Shown here piece by piece: positions 37,704-49,430 of a stretch of DNA of 64,000 bases (its first letter is position 1; each line of letters opens with the position of its first letter). The DNA is from Macrostomum hystrix (Eukaryota; Animalia; Platyhelminthes). The stretch covers positions 3,100,001 to 3,164,000 of the forward strand of contig CATNEN010000029.1 in the NCBI GenBank assembly GCA_950097015.1. Reading direction: 5' to 3'. Both the position numbers and the translations under genes were made by a program. The notes below the pieces were generated by a model. The model was given only the letters and a program-made list of their open reading frames with translations. It was not told the origin of the DNA and made no database searches.

Positions 37704-39124
37704 CTGGAAGTAATAAAAAATAGCATGGAACTACTTAAAAACAAATAAATTCCAAATTGATATGAAAACTATACATTTTTTGGTGAAATGTTTCTTGCTA
37801 ATGATATGATATTAGTAGTTGCTGATAGAGATAAATACAAAGCTGGCTAAATAAGACCTATTAATTGCTGATTAACTTTTCTAATTAGCTTTTAAATTTA
37901 TGAATAGTTAGTTATTCAGCTGAAAACTAGGTTTAAGAAACTGAGTTAAATAAACAATTATGGCAGATCCTAAAAAATCATTACATAGTCAACTCATAGC
38001 ATGAAAGATAAAAAATATTAACCATTGTCATATGCTTTAAATAATAAATAAATTTGACTGACCACAAATTGTTACAACCACACTTTTATACACAATTAGC
38101 TAGCTGCTAGCTTGAAAAAAGCTTGTTGAAGTTACAGGAAGCAGAGCAAAGGTAGGCAAGGTCTTAATTAGAAGTTTGGAATAGCCTAGATCTAGTAGTA
38201 GTAGTAGGCCAGTATATACCTAGAGCTTTACTTGTTATAGGTATATGGCCTATAACATTATATCATAACATATATAGCTGTTAAAACCAATAAGGGTTTA
38301 TTTAAGAGGCCTAGGCTATAGGCCTCAGATATGCATAGTCTAGAAGCAACAATTATAGTCAATATTCTAGGTTTAACATAGTGCATCTTGGCCTATTTAA
38401 TATAAATATAGGCTTAATAATAGGTACATGCATATCTTCCCTTTCATTTCTGGCACTATTTTTACTTTTTTTTAAAAGGAATAACAATCAAACAACACTT
38501 AACAATGATGCACTTTTAGCATGTTAGCCTATTTTATATTTTATACTAAAATAGACTTAGGCAGCTTTGCTTGACTTATAAAGGATATTTAGCATAGGAA
38601 TTCTACATAATGTGGCAGTGGAAAGCACTAGCACCATAGAAACTCATCAAGATAAGCTTGGAATAGTTCTGGTGAAGTACCAAACATTTGGCAGAACTTG
38701 TACTTGTTGTGGGCCCAGGTGCCTTCCATCAAGTTTGTATAGGCTACACACTTTGATATTGTGAGTTGACAATGGCAAGCCTGTGGTTAACCACCACATG
38801 GTTTGGTAGGGCCTGGTAGGCCTACACTTGCCAGCCATTGGTGATGATACGAGTAGGTCTACAAGACTGACTACTGTATCAATGGCAACATAACAGTGGA
38901 AGAGCAGTTTGCAATGGGCAAGCATGACATAGTTGTTAGTGTGAAGATAAAAGAAGTATAAAGTGTAAAGAATTGAAAACCTGAACTTGAATATATAATT
39001 TTTTGACTTTTGACCATAGACATCCTTTATAGTGCCATGGCACTACTGCATTTCATCACTTTTTGCACTGATTAATGACAATTGGCAGGCCTAAAATGGC
39101 CTGCAAAACCATATTGTTGTGAAC

Positions 39125-40209
39125 GGATTCCAGGCATTTCGGCAACAGTTAATTTTGGCAACACTGAAAATTGTGACTTCAGCGACAAGCAATGTTAAAT
39201 TCCGCAAAAAGTTTCTCTTTCACTTTCACAAATCACTTTCTATGGCTATTTACTCGTATTTAGTCTCTTCTTACTAACAAAACCAATGCATCTATATCCT
39301 ACTGTAACCACCTACAGCCTACGAAATACTTTCCTTTTTTGTTAAATGTAACAAACACGTGTGCTATGACAAGCAAGCCTGTGACATGCTGATTGTTTGT
39401 TAGGATAAGAAGCTTGACAAATATCTGCACTCTGACTTTGTACCTACCAACCTAAAGAGACTGACCAATTGTTTGAGCGAACCACATGTACTGTGGTTTC
39501 CGCGCTTATTGAATCAAAATTTAAATTTTATCGCATACGCCCCTAGCCACATCTTAAGTAGGCCTACCATGCATGCAAATATAAATGTTTCGCGTAATTT
39601 GTTGTAAAGTGTACACTTACATTGCTATAGCACGAAGCTAAAATTCACAAAGTTAAAATACTCAACATTAAGACATGACTGTGTGGAGATACAGTACATT
39701 AGACATGCATTGAAAGAGTGCAGTCTCAGTCTTGAAAGGAAAAGTTAGCATAAGATTTACACCAAAAAGAACGAACAGCATTGCATTATGTTAAAGGCAT
39801 TAAAGGGCATTTAATTTAGCCGTGGAACATTTAGCCGACTGCAGGCTTTCAGCAGTGCCTCCTCAGATCGCAGTCCTTCAGACTTCCTTTCCTTAATCGG
39901 AAATTGGTGTACATTTTCAGCATAAAGCATAGAGAATACTTTCATAAGAAAGCCCCCTGTTTCACGGTCGGGGGTAGGTGAGGGCATTGCGTCATTTGCG
40001 CGGCTTTTGGGTCTACAGTTTTTAATGACAATTGGATTGACTTTGACTTCGATTGAGTTAGAACACTCTTGGAAACATACTGTTGTACTCAGACAAAAAG
40101 CATCGTTGTTATTGGTGACGTACTTGTCGCCAAATTTAACATTACTTGTTGCCAAAGTCACAATTTTTCATGTTGCCGAAATCAACTGTTGCCGAAAAGC
40201 CTGGCACCC
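39125..40209. mobile_element. Non-autonomous Mutator/MULE-type DNA transposon, 1085 bp
   Basis: ~85-bp imperfect TIRs (GGATTCCAGGCATTTCGGCAACAG vs reverse complement GGGTGCCAGGCTTTTCGGCAACAG), with GG..CC ends. Flanked by GTTGTGAAC (39116-39124) and ATTGTGAAC (40210-40218), a 9-bp TSD with one mismatch. Confidence 0.85.
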
Positions 40210-41479
40210 ATTGTGAACCATATGCCTAGCACTTAATTTGTAGACCCAAGTGATAAGTGATTGAATGATCCACTAGGCCTATCCAACTGACATTGTTAAT
40301 TAAATTTAATAAAAACTGAAGTTATAAATATAAAAACCATAGGCTTAGGCTAGGCTATAAATATAAATAAGTAAGCCTAGGTCAAGGGCAGAGGGGTGGG
40401 TCCAATAGGCCTAGCTTGTAATAGTAAAAAAAGACAATTTTAAAATGAAAGTGGTTTTGGTATTCAAGTGGTTCTTCAATTCACAACTAGATGAGAACTG
40501 ACAACTTGGCAAGTAGGCGCTAGCAACTTCAAATTGCCATGGGCCCATGGCATTAGAGAAGCCTTAGCTTATTAAGCTGACTGACGGTGACTCATTCAAT
40601 ATCATTTTAAAAGCTTCATAGTTTTACTGTTAAACTTTCATAGCTAATCTATCTATGGGTTCCCCGAAAGACATTTCCAGGCACATATTTTCACGTTAAA
40701 CAAAAAATTAAAACAAAAACACGAACTCTCGAGCCTGCGTGTATGCCCGACTCTGACACTAAACTATGCATTAAAATAATATGCGGAACGAATAGTTTCG
40801 CAAATGATTGGCTACTGAATAAACTTTTAAAGTGTGTTCTGACGGTTTTTTGGATGCGTCTTATGATCTTATTTCTGCCTCACCTAACTAGGCGTGGGGC
40901 AATTATTTCACCAGATACTGCTACAACTGCTTTACGCATGTCCCTGCTTTAAAATGTGTCAAGTACTTTTTTCGATATTCTCATTTAAAGTTTGCTTTCT
41001 CTGCTTCTTTGCTGCTTTTGACACTGCGCAGATGCTGGACAGTTGTCTTGCCATTCAAGAAGTATTTTTAGAGTTTTGAGTTCTTGTAAATTTTTTTTCT
41101 CTATTATCGTGTTTATTTCTATCGACAAAGATATATTCGATATAAGTTTTTCGAAGCGACGCTCGTGCGAAGGTGCGGTGCAGAAAGCGAATTTTCGTAT
41201 TGGGTATGGTTGCAACAATCTAATCATTCGTTGATTAAACGAACTGTGACGCATACACGTTCTGCCGAGGCTGTTGCTGAGGCTGTTGCTGTGGTTTTTG
41301 CTGCTGAGGTATTTTTCTTTTAAAGTTTGTCTTTGTATACTTTGTTTTCCTTTTACCCCACTGCTCTTCAGTTCCTTCTGGACTCATTCGATAAAAAGCG
41401 AAAAAGTCGCTTTTTCTCTTACGCCGGCAGAAAAATAGACGAGACTTTGTTCGGCAAGAGATGCTGGCTTCTTTTTTTT

Positions 41480-43000
41480 CGTGAATTAAAGCTGCATTGC
41501 TTTTGCAGAAGTCAGCTACAGAAAGAGGTAAGTTGTAAGTAGTAGAGTTGATTCTTTTGAACCAGCTTTCTACATGAGCGTTAGAAAAAAAAGTGATTTA
41601 AGAAGATTCAAACTCTGCTGCAGGCTTTGCCAGCCAATGGCTGCTAGCAAAGGAAGGTATGCCAAGTAGCGTGAAATCAGGAATTCAACTAAAACAGGAC
41701 GATAAAACTCATTTTCCTTTTCGCAATTACATATAGTTGATTAAGCAAAGGAGCCTTTAATGTCGTTGAAGTATGAAAAATGGAGATCGCGCCTGTTCAG
41801 AGCATTGCTGGGCCTGTTATCAGAGAAATATGTGTCATCGGTGCCATCCTCTGAATCAGAGCCATCCATGGATTTTGACGAATCAGTGTCATCAGCGGAA
41901 TCCACCAAATTGTCTAAATTTACAACGTTCAGCCAGTTTAATTTGTGCTTTATTGCTTTCAGTTGCTGACTTAGTTAGGAACGGTGTCATCATTTTTTGC
42001 ACAATAAACTTCACATCTTCCTGGCTGGTTGCATGAATAATCATAGTAAACATAGTAATTATTTTTTCCTTTAATCGTTCCGGCTCTTTACGACGCTTCA
42101 GGTATCGACAAACCGAATGAATAAGATGATTCTTACATAGAATTACCCCATTAGTCACGAGGACACTGCACTCATTTATTAGGTTTTTATGTCTGAGTGG
42201 CCGATTTGAGCATGTAAAATCTATGGTCTTAACAACAAAGGAACTTAGATTCTTGTAAGAATAACACGTAATATAGCTTTTTGCAAATGAATTCAGCCTA
42301 TCTGGAAAAGCTTTCAGCCAGCCAGGGCCAGCCCATTGAGTGGAAGCCAGAATTCCCCATAGACAACTGGCTCATCCCGCAGAACAATTCAGCCAATCTG
42401 CAATATAATTCGTCCAATGCCAATTTTTAACTGCATGCAAACCAATACAAAATAACTCTGTAACTCTGTAACTCGACTTAGCGTTGACACATGGGGGACA
42501 GGGTTTGCGTCTCCGAGTTGCAACAGGTGAGTCCGCATCTGTTAGCACAACGTTAAGTTGACTGGCTGAAAGGTTTTGCGGATAGGCTGAATTGATTTGC
42601 AAAAAGTTCTGCGGGATGAGCCAGTTGTCTATGGGGAATTCTGGCTTCCACTCAATGGGCTGGCCCTGGCTGGCTGAAAGGTTTTGCAGATAGGCTGAAT
42701 TCATTTGCAAAAAGCTATAATTACATGTGATAATTCAGCTCGATATCCTAATGATACGAAATTAATAATTTAGAAAGCCAGCAATTCATTCGAGCACCTT
42801 TCGTTTGTAATCAGGAATGAAAAATGAGAATGGGTGAGCTAATACGTATAATCGACAATGAGAATTTTAATTAATTACCTGCCGAGCGTCCTTGATACAT
42901 TTAGCTCTTTATTTGTCTATCCAGCTGGCAATCTTGTGTTAGTTGCTTTGATTTGTAGTGAGAGACTGAGGTGCCATTGCTATGAGTCTCTAATCTGCTT
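41480..43000 (-). pseudogene. Degenerate MULE-family (NOF/FB-like) DDE transposase
   Basis: Frameshifted segments VVKTIDF, ILCKNHLIHSVCRYLK (CxxH), ENEFYRPVLVEFLISRYLAYLPL and SNAHVESWFKRI (catalytic E-like, ~41570). Boundaries are approximate. Confidence 0.65.
42265..42729. mobile_element. Foldback/MITE element, 465 bp, inserted in the MULE relic
   Basis: Near-perfect 114-bp inverted arms at 42272-42385 and 42606-42719, extendable to CAC..GTG termini. ATAA lies on both flanks (42261-42264, 42730-42733). There is an internal partial copy of the arm at 42563-42605. Confidence 0.85.
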
Positions 43001-43949
43001 TGAGAACAAATTAATGTATGCGGAAAGTGGAAATGAAGTGCTGGATATGTTCGAACTGTCTGAAGAGCGGAGGCCAAAGCGTGCGCGTCGAATTCCGATT
43101 GAATTCACAATCTGTTTCTCAAACACATGCACCCCAAACCAGGGATCAGTGATAAACTCGCGCCAGGCCCAGAGCAGGAGGAAATTAAAGGGAAAAATTC
43201 TCTTCAAATCCGTCAGGAAAGTGTCGGCCTGTTAATCTAGCAGAACGTTGGAAAAAATCACGCGTCATAGTACACGCCCCCCCGAAATCCGGAGGATTCA
43301 TATAGACCAGAGAATACGTGATGCACAAGGCGTGGCGGGGAAATCTTCAAGCACGATCTAACCCAGTTTTGGACTATTGTGCTTGTCGTACAATAGTACT
43401 CTGGAGTACGCGCGTGTCCTCTGCTGGCTCATATAAGGCAGTAAATTAATTTTCATTGAGTCATATTATTAAGATAGATCAACATATACTCGGGAGAGAT
43501 TTATCCTGCCTGGAAAAATCTATGGAATCTATAACAGACTAACTGAAGTGACTAAACTGACTAACACTTAGCAAGTAAAGAGAACTGTAAACGTATGCAC
43601 GTAGCGGTCAAAAGAATTCTGTAGACTTGCAAGACTGAGAATAATAGACAGAATAATCTTCGCTGCCCAGTCCGTTCGTTGCGTGATTCATTCTAATGTA
43701 ATTTCTCATTTTTTTAGTTCTGTAGAAACGCATAGCAGCTGTGTGGCTACTCCAGCCTTCTTCGGTCAGTCATAAATCTTGACTGGCTGGTGGCTTATTG
43801 GCTTTGAGTGAACGATTTGACTTTACTAAATTTATTGAGCTTCAATACCGAAGGAAAAGTGATTCGACAGAATTGGAAAAGAACAGTTTCGTTTTTTAAA
43901 AAGTTCTTTTGGATCAAACTGCCTGCAAAAGTCTTTCCAATTTTGACGA

Positions 43950-44315
43950 AAAAATAGACGATCTGAAAATCAACGATCTGAAAATCTATGATCTGATGGT
44001 CGTAGATATTAAAATCAACGATCTGAAAGTCGACGACAAACTCAAAATAGACGATTTTAAATCGAGGATCTGCAAAAAAACTATCAAAAAATCGCCGATT
44101 TGAAAATCGCCTATCTGAAAATCGAAGATCTGAAAACCGAAGATCCGATTGACGAAGATAGTAAAATTTATAATCTAGGACGATCTGAAAATCTACCACA
44201 AACTCAAGAATGACGATTTGAAAATCTAGGATCTGCAACAAAGCTATCTAAAAACTGCCGATCTAAAAATCAACAATCTGAAAATCGATGATCTGAAAAT
44301 CGACGATCTGAAATT
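43950..44315. repeat. Degenerate ~15-bp repeat (AAAATC(A/G)ACGATCTG)
   Basis: Scattered imperfect units. Confidence 0.7.
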
Positions 44316-44784
44316 CAGCTAACATGTCGTTAAAACGACACCACAAGTTTATTTTGTGTTGAAAATAAATTATACAAGCCATGTTTAGTGCCTCTAAATG
44401 CAGAGAAAATTGTGTGAATTTTTTTATTTTCAAATAAAATAGGCTGAAATTTCTTCCCTAGCATATGACGTGAATTGGAAAATTGCTGTACTTTTAGTGT
44501 TATTTTTGCGTTCGTTTTTTCAGCTCAACTAGCCACGATCCTCTGACACCCTTTTCCAATCGCCATTTCGATGAGGTAGACACCGACGGGAATAATTGTG
44601 GCTTTAAATCAGGTTAAAGATTCGGCAATTAATTGGGCGTTCAAATTGTTCTCACAGTCTCTACCCATGCAGAAAATTGATTAGCCTAATTATGGGCGAT
44701 CATTTTTGGCATTTTAACGTAAATACATTTAGGATGCAAAATATTTGAAAAAAAGAGAATAAGAAGCGTACTGTGCTCTGATCA

Positions 44785-45240
44785 GCGGTCCTTCGGTATA
44801 TCGATCGACAGTTTCCATTGGTCCTTCGGTATATCGATCGACAGTTTACATTGGTCCTTCGGTATATCGATCGACAGTTTCCATTGGTCCTTCGGTATAT
44901 CGATCGACAGTTTCCATTGGTCCTTCGGTATATCAATCGACAGTTTCCATTGGTCCTTCGGCATATCAATCGACAGTTTACATTGGTCCTTCGGTATATC
45001 GATCGACAGTTTCCATTGGTCCTTCGGTATATCAATCGACAGTTTCCATTGGTCCTTCGGCATATCAATCGACAGTTTCCATTGGTCCTTCGGTATGTCT
45101 ATCGACAGTTTCCATTGGTCCTTCGGTATGTCAATCGACAGTTTACATTGGTCCTTCGGTATATCGATCGACAGTTTCCATTGGTCCTTCGGTATGTCTA
45201 TCGACAGTTTCCATTGGTCCTACGGTATGTCTATCGACAC
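44785..45240. repeat. 33-bp minisatellite
   Basis: GGTCCTTCGGTATATCGATCGACAGTTTCCATT x ~13. Confidence 0.95.
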
Positions 45241-45690
45241 ATCCTTAAGTCCTCTCTTGTGTGCAATAACTATTTTTTCGTCCTCAAGCGGTTGCGGTCC
45301 CTTCCCTCATTTGAATGTTATTGTGGTGCCGATGTCTCTGGCCGGCAGTCCACGGCCTTTGTGTTAGGCTGGTTTGTGTGGTTTTTGTTAGGCCTTCCTC
45401 ACCCACCCCCGTCCTGGCTCAGAGTGCCCGGTGCCGCCATCTGATTGGCTAGGCGCGGGCATTGTGTGTCTATCCCACCCCAGCCCTGCATGGCTTTGCC
45501 CTCACGCCAATCAGCTCTGCGTAGCTTTGCCCGTCCACCCGTCCAGCGCGTACAACCCTACCCCCCCCCAGCGCGCTGTAGGCTTTGTTTGTGCTCCGCC
45601 CCTGTCTGCCCCCTTGTCGGCCCTAGTGGTATCGTTTTCTGCCCGGGCCAAGGGTACCACTCGCCCCCCCCGCGAACTTTAAAAGATCGT

Positions 45691-45735
45691 GCCGTAAAGA
45701 CGTTCTCTTGCAGCAAAGGCTCAATTCCTTGCATG
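45691..45735 (+). other. Spliced-leader (SL)-like 45-mer relic
   Basis: GCCGTAAAGACGTTCTCTTGCAGCAAAGGCTCAATTCCTTGCATG aligns without gaps, 38/45, to the Macrostomum lignano SL as I recall it (GCCGTAAAGACGGTCTCTTACTGCGAAGACTCAATTTATTGCATG). It ends in the flatworm-typical ATG and is not followed by a GT donor. Confidence 0.7.
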
Positions 45736-45922
45736 CGAAGTGTTTATTGACTAGTGATTACCAGCGTATTGTTTATTGAAGTGCAAACATTGACGACAAG
45801 TACATTCAGCGTCATCCTGCCATCATATCGTGCGTCCCGACCGGTAAGCGCTGTATTCGTGTCTGTCCTTTCGGAGTGCCAGGCCCGCACGGAGTATTGT
45901 AATAATCTTAGAAGTACTGTGT

Positions 45923-46004
45923 GAGCGTCCTAACACCACCAGTCCCTGGCTGCAACAGAGCGTCCTAACACCACCAGTCCCTGGCTGCAACAGAGCGTCC
46001 TAAC
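45923..46004. repeat. 35-bp tandem duplication (2.3 copies)
   Basis: GAGCGTCCTAACACCACCAGTCCCTGGCTGCAACA repeated. Confidence 0.9.
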
Positions 46005-47304
46005 GCCTTGTTCAGTGATCGATCATATTTTACTTAGTAGGGCTGTGGGCCGGGGATCTCAAACCGACCACTGTCACTACATTATCAAATTCTGCAGCTG
46101 GTCGAGATTAAGTTCGGAATCTACCAGACTGTGTACTATGAATATGCTGACGGAACGCAGACAGAGGACCAAGACGGCAGCAGACAAATATCTGGTGGGC
46201 GGATTATCACAGGGGAACATGCGATCGAACAAAATATGCGAATAATTTAAAGCAGAATTTCTAGACATTTTCGAAATATTTCGAAGGCGGGCACATAAAA
46301 ACGAATTTTTTCGCACCAGCGCTGCCACCAGAAAGACTAGCCAGTCTGCGGTTACTCATTTACCCCCCTAAAAATGGCCTAAAAATAGATCCGAGAAATG
46401 CACTTTACATTTATTAGCTGAGCCAAACAGAGATATTGAAATAAAAAAACAAGTCTAAGTGTCTAATCTGTGCAAGATGCTCAGGTAACTTCAGGTAACT
46501 TAAAATCTAAGAAGATCAACTAAATGGCCTGCATAAGCGCTATCAGATTATCTGTCCATTATGTTACAAGGTGGCGCATGTGTCCCTTACTAGTACGAGT
46601 GAGAGTAGTTTTCACCTGTCCTCTGCGAACACAATTATCTAGCCAGATGTGCGCAGTGGAAACCGGTTAGCGGAAGTTCCTCCCTTGATTGGGGTGACTG
46701 GGCAACCCCCCTCCCCCGATATGGTCCAGGGCTGTACCGCTAATCAGTTCGGAGCACCTGGCTAGAGAGCACGTGACACTGCCAGCTCCACCTTTCGACA
46801 CGTCCCGTCTCATTTTCGGAATGCAGTCGAGGCAGCTCGTTATTTTCTGTCGTCATCTGCTCTCGAACTATAACTAGGATGGATCTCGCCTGAGCACAGA
46901 ATCCCTAGAGCCTAATCCCCGTTTTTCCACATTTACGCTAATCAGATAGAGAATCCCATGGAAATCAATGCAGGTAACTTCCCCTGGAAGCTAGCCCCTG
47001 GACGATAGCAAAAATCGGACGGACACATGCAGGGGCTCAGCTAAAATAGTGCAGACATTCTTCTTCTGCTTTCTTTAGAAAAAATCTGAAAATCGTTTCA
47101 AACGAGTTGGAAGTTATCTGTACTGTCACAGTGGCCAATGGTGTCGCTCTGAGCCACGCCCAGCCCTGTCCAATCCCATTTCAGCAGTTTATCGTGCCTG
47201 CAAATTCCAATCACTCGGCGTTCAGAGAGGTAGTAAAAAGTCGCAGAATATTCTTCGCTCTTGATTGCCCTCTCCGAAGTCTCCCAGCCACTGAGTCTGC
47301 GGCA

Positions 47305-48426
47305 ATGCTGGAGTCCCAGGCGGACCACGACAGGCACACGAGGAATCTGACGGGCCCAGTTGACGAGCCGCCTAGTCAGGCCTTGGCTCTGGTGTCCGGC
47401 ATTGCTATTCTGCTCTGCCTTCTGCTAGGCGCACTCGGCAACCTGTGGATTGTGGTCGTGGTGCTTTTGAGGCGAGAGATGCGCGGGAATCTCATCAACT
47501 TGTTCATAGCCAGCCTGTGCCTGAACGACCTGCTGAACCTGCTGCTCAACCAGAGCATGGTGGCCGCCTCGTACCTGGCCCACCGTTGGGTGCTGGGCCA
47601 GGTCCTGTGCGAGCTCATGCCCGAGCTCAACATGCTCCTGGTGTGCGTCTCACTTTGGCACCACGCCCTCATTAGCCTGCACCGCTACATTGTGGTGGTG
47701 CACAACAGCACCTACGTGCAGCTGCACAAGGGCCTGTACGCTGGCGTCATCCTGGCCGGCACGCGGCTGTTCGGCGCGTTGCTGAGCCTCTCCCTGCCGC
47801 TGTTCAACGCGGGCAGCTGGCAAGGCGGCAGTGTCTACCAGGCGAAGATGCTGCGCTGTATCTACGAACGCACCCAGAAGTACCGCATCCTGGGCGTCGT
47901 GCTGCTGTCCCAGCTGCTGCCCTGCGCCATCGTCATCGCCTGCTTCGGCCTCATCTTCATGTTCGTCCGGCGCAATGGCTCCGGCTCGCTGATTAGCGAC
48001 CAGCTGCTGATGCGCCGCGAGATGCGCATCACAAAGATGTTCGGCGTCGTGTTCCTCATGTTCCTCGTGGGCTTCCTGCCCTACGGCTGCCTGCGCACCG
48101 CGGACTCTGGCAGCAACCTCGGGCCGAACGCCTACGCCCTGGTGACAGTCTTGTACGCTGCCGCCTCCAGCGTCAATCCGCTGATCTTCGGCGCCATGAA
48201 TCGCGACATCCGCCTCGCCTGCCTGCGGCTCATCACCCGGTGCGGCTCGTCGGCTCCAGCAGCCGCCACCGGCGCCGCTTCAAGAACCATCGCTGCCACC
48301 GGGTTTATCAGCGAGCTGAAGAAGCAACAGCCAGGAGGCAAGGCGTCCAGCGCCTCGCTGGCCGGCTCGGACGCGGCTGACGCCGACAGCAAGAACCGAC
48401 GCAGCTCATCGTCACCAAAGCAGTGA
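47305..48426 (+). CDS. Intronless class A GPCR, Tre1/Moody/melatonin-receptor-like, 373 aa
   Basis: First in-frame ATG at 47305, with an N-terminal NLT sequon. Motifs LGNLW, NLFIASLCLND, W-x-L-G..LC, ISLHRYIVVVH (HRY), RITKMFGVVF..FLPY and VNPLIFGAMN. The ORF-track extension to 47107 does not look receptor-like. Confidence 0.88.
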   Translation: MLESQADHDRHTRNLTGPVDEPPSQALALVSGIAILLCLLLGALGNLWIVVVVLLRREMRGNLINLFIASLCLNDLLNLLLNQSMVAASYLAHRWVLGQVLCELMPELNMLLVCVSLWHHALISLHRYIVVVHNSTYVQLHKGLYAGVILAGTRLFGALLSLSLPLFNAGSWQGGSVYQAKMLRCIYERTQKYRILGVVLLSQLLPCAIVIACFGLIFMFVRRNGSGSLISDQLLMRREMRITKMFGVVFLMFLVGFLPYGCLRTADSGSNLGPNAYALVTVLYAAASSVNPLIFGAMNRDIRLACLRLITRCGSSAPAAATGAASRTIAATGFISELKKQQPGGKASSASLAGSDAADADSKNRRSSSSPKQ

Positions 48427-48989
48427 GGAAGTCGCCGTTGAAGTACGGGAGGGTCGCCAGCTGCTGTCTGTAAGCGAGCCCGACCAGAGCATCCAACAGG
48501 ACAGCTGCAGCACGCTGATGACCGACTGACTCGACAATGACAAGGAAATTGCTCTATTAGATAACAGCTGAAACCAGTGCGCTCATTTCGTCTCGCATTG
48601 TCCTCGCGCTATACTCAACTACTTAGTTAGCATATAATAGATTTGATATTTTATTTAACAGAACTGAACTGCACTGTAAGAAATTAACTGCAAACGCAAG
48701 TCACAAAGAGCTATCGTATTTGCTTTTCTCACACACATTTTTCGTATTACGAGTATCTTGTTCGCGTGTTTTTTTAGCAGCTGCTTGATGCTGCTCGATT
48801 GTTAATTATTAAAAGTACACAATTTCTGGTTTCTTTTCGAGACGAAAAACTAAAAAATATACCGTGCGACATTGCACAACACAAAAGATTAAAGTAGTCA
48901 ATGGGATTGGCTCTGCTAACAGGTACCGTGACAAAATATGCGGTATAAATGACGATACAAATGTACAGTACACCTGTTATATAGATGTA

Positions 48990-49430
48990 CAGTTACCTGT
49001 TCCAATGATATCCACACCTGTTAGACAGAGAGAGAGAGAGAGAGAGTTACCTGTCCGATGATATCCACACCTGTTAGACAGAGACAGAGAGTTACCTGTC
49101 CGATGATATCCACACCTGTTAGACAGAGAGAGAGAGAGAGTAACCTGTTCGATTATATCCACACCTGTTAGACAGAGACAGAGAGAGTAACCTGTTCGAT
49201 TATATCCACACCTGTTAGACAGAGACAGAGAGAGTAACCTGTTCGATTATATCCACACCTGTTAGACAGAGACAGAGAGAGTAACCTGTTCGATTATATC
49301 CACACCTGTTAGACAGAGAGAGAGAGTAACCTGTTCGATTATATCCACACCTGTTAGACAGAGAGAGAGAGTAACCTGTTCGATTATATCCACACCTGTT
49401 AGACAGAGAGAGAGAGAGAGAGAGAGTTCA
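48990..49430. repeat. Minisatellite of a constant ~34-bp unit separated by variable (GA)n/(GACA) linkers
   Basis: GTAACCTGTTCGATTATATCCACACCTGTTAGACA followed by (GA)n. Confidence 0.9.

Noticed and set aside
40660-43530. Possible TIRs for the NOF-like element (TTTCCAGGCA / TGCCTGGAAA)
   Set aside because: Only ~10 bp match and no TSD was found.
45691-45800. Functional SL-RNA gene
   Set aside because: No GT donor after the ATG and no recognisable Sm-binding site. Kept only as an SL relic.
47107-47304. 66-aa N-terminal extension of the third GPCR
   Set aside because: Starts at a TTG, is compositionally unlike the CDS and contains acceptor-like sites; more likely UTR or intron.
48990-49430. 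CRISPR-like pattern of constant repeats with variable spacers
   Set aside because: The spacers are only (GA)n length variants, the context is eukaryotic, and there are no cas genes.
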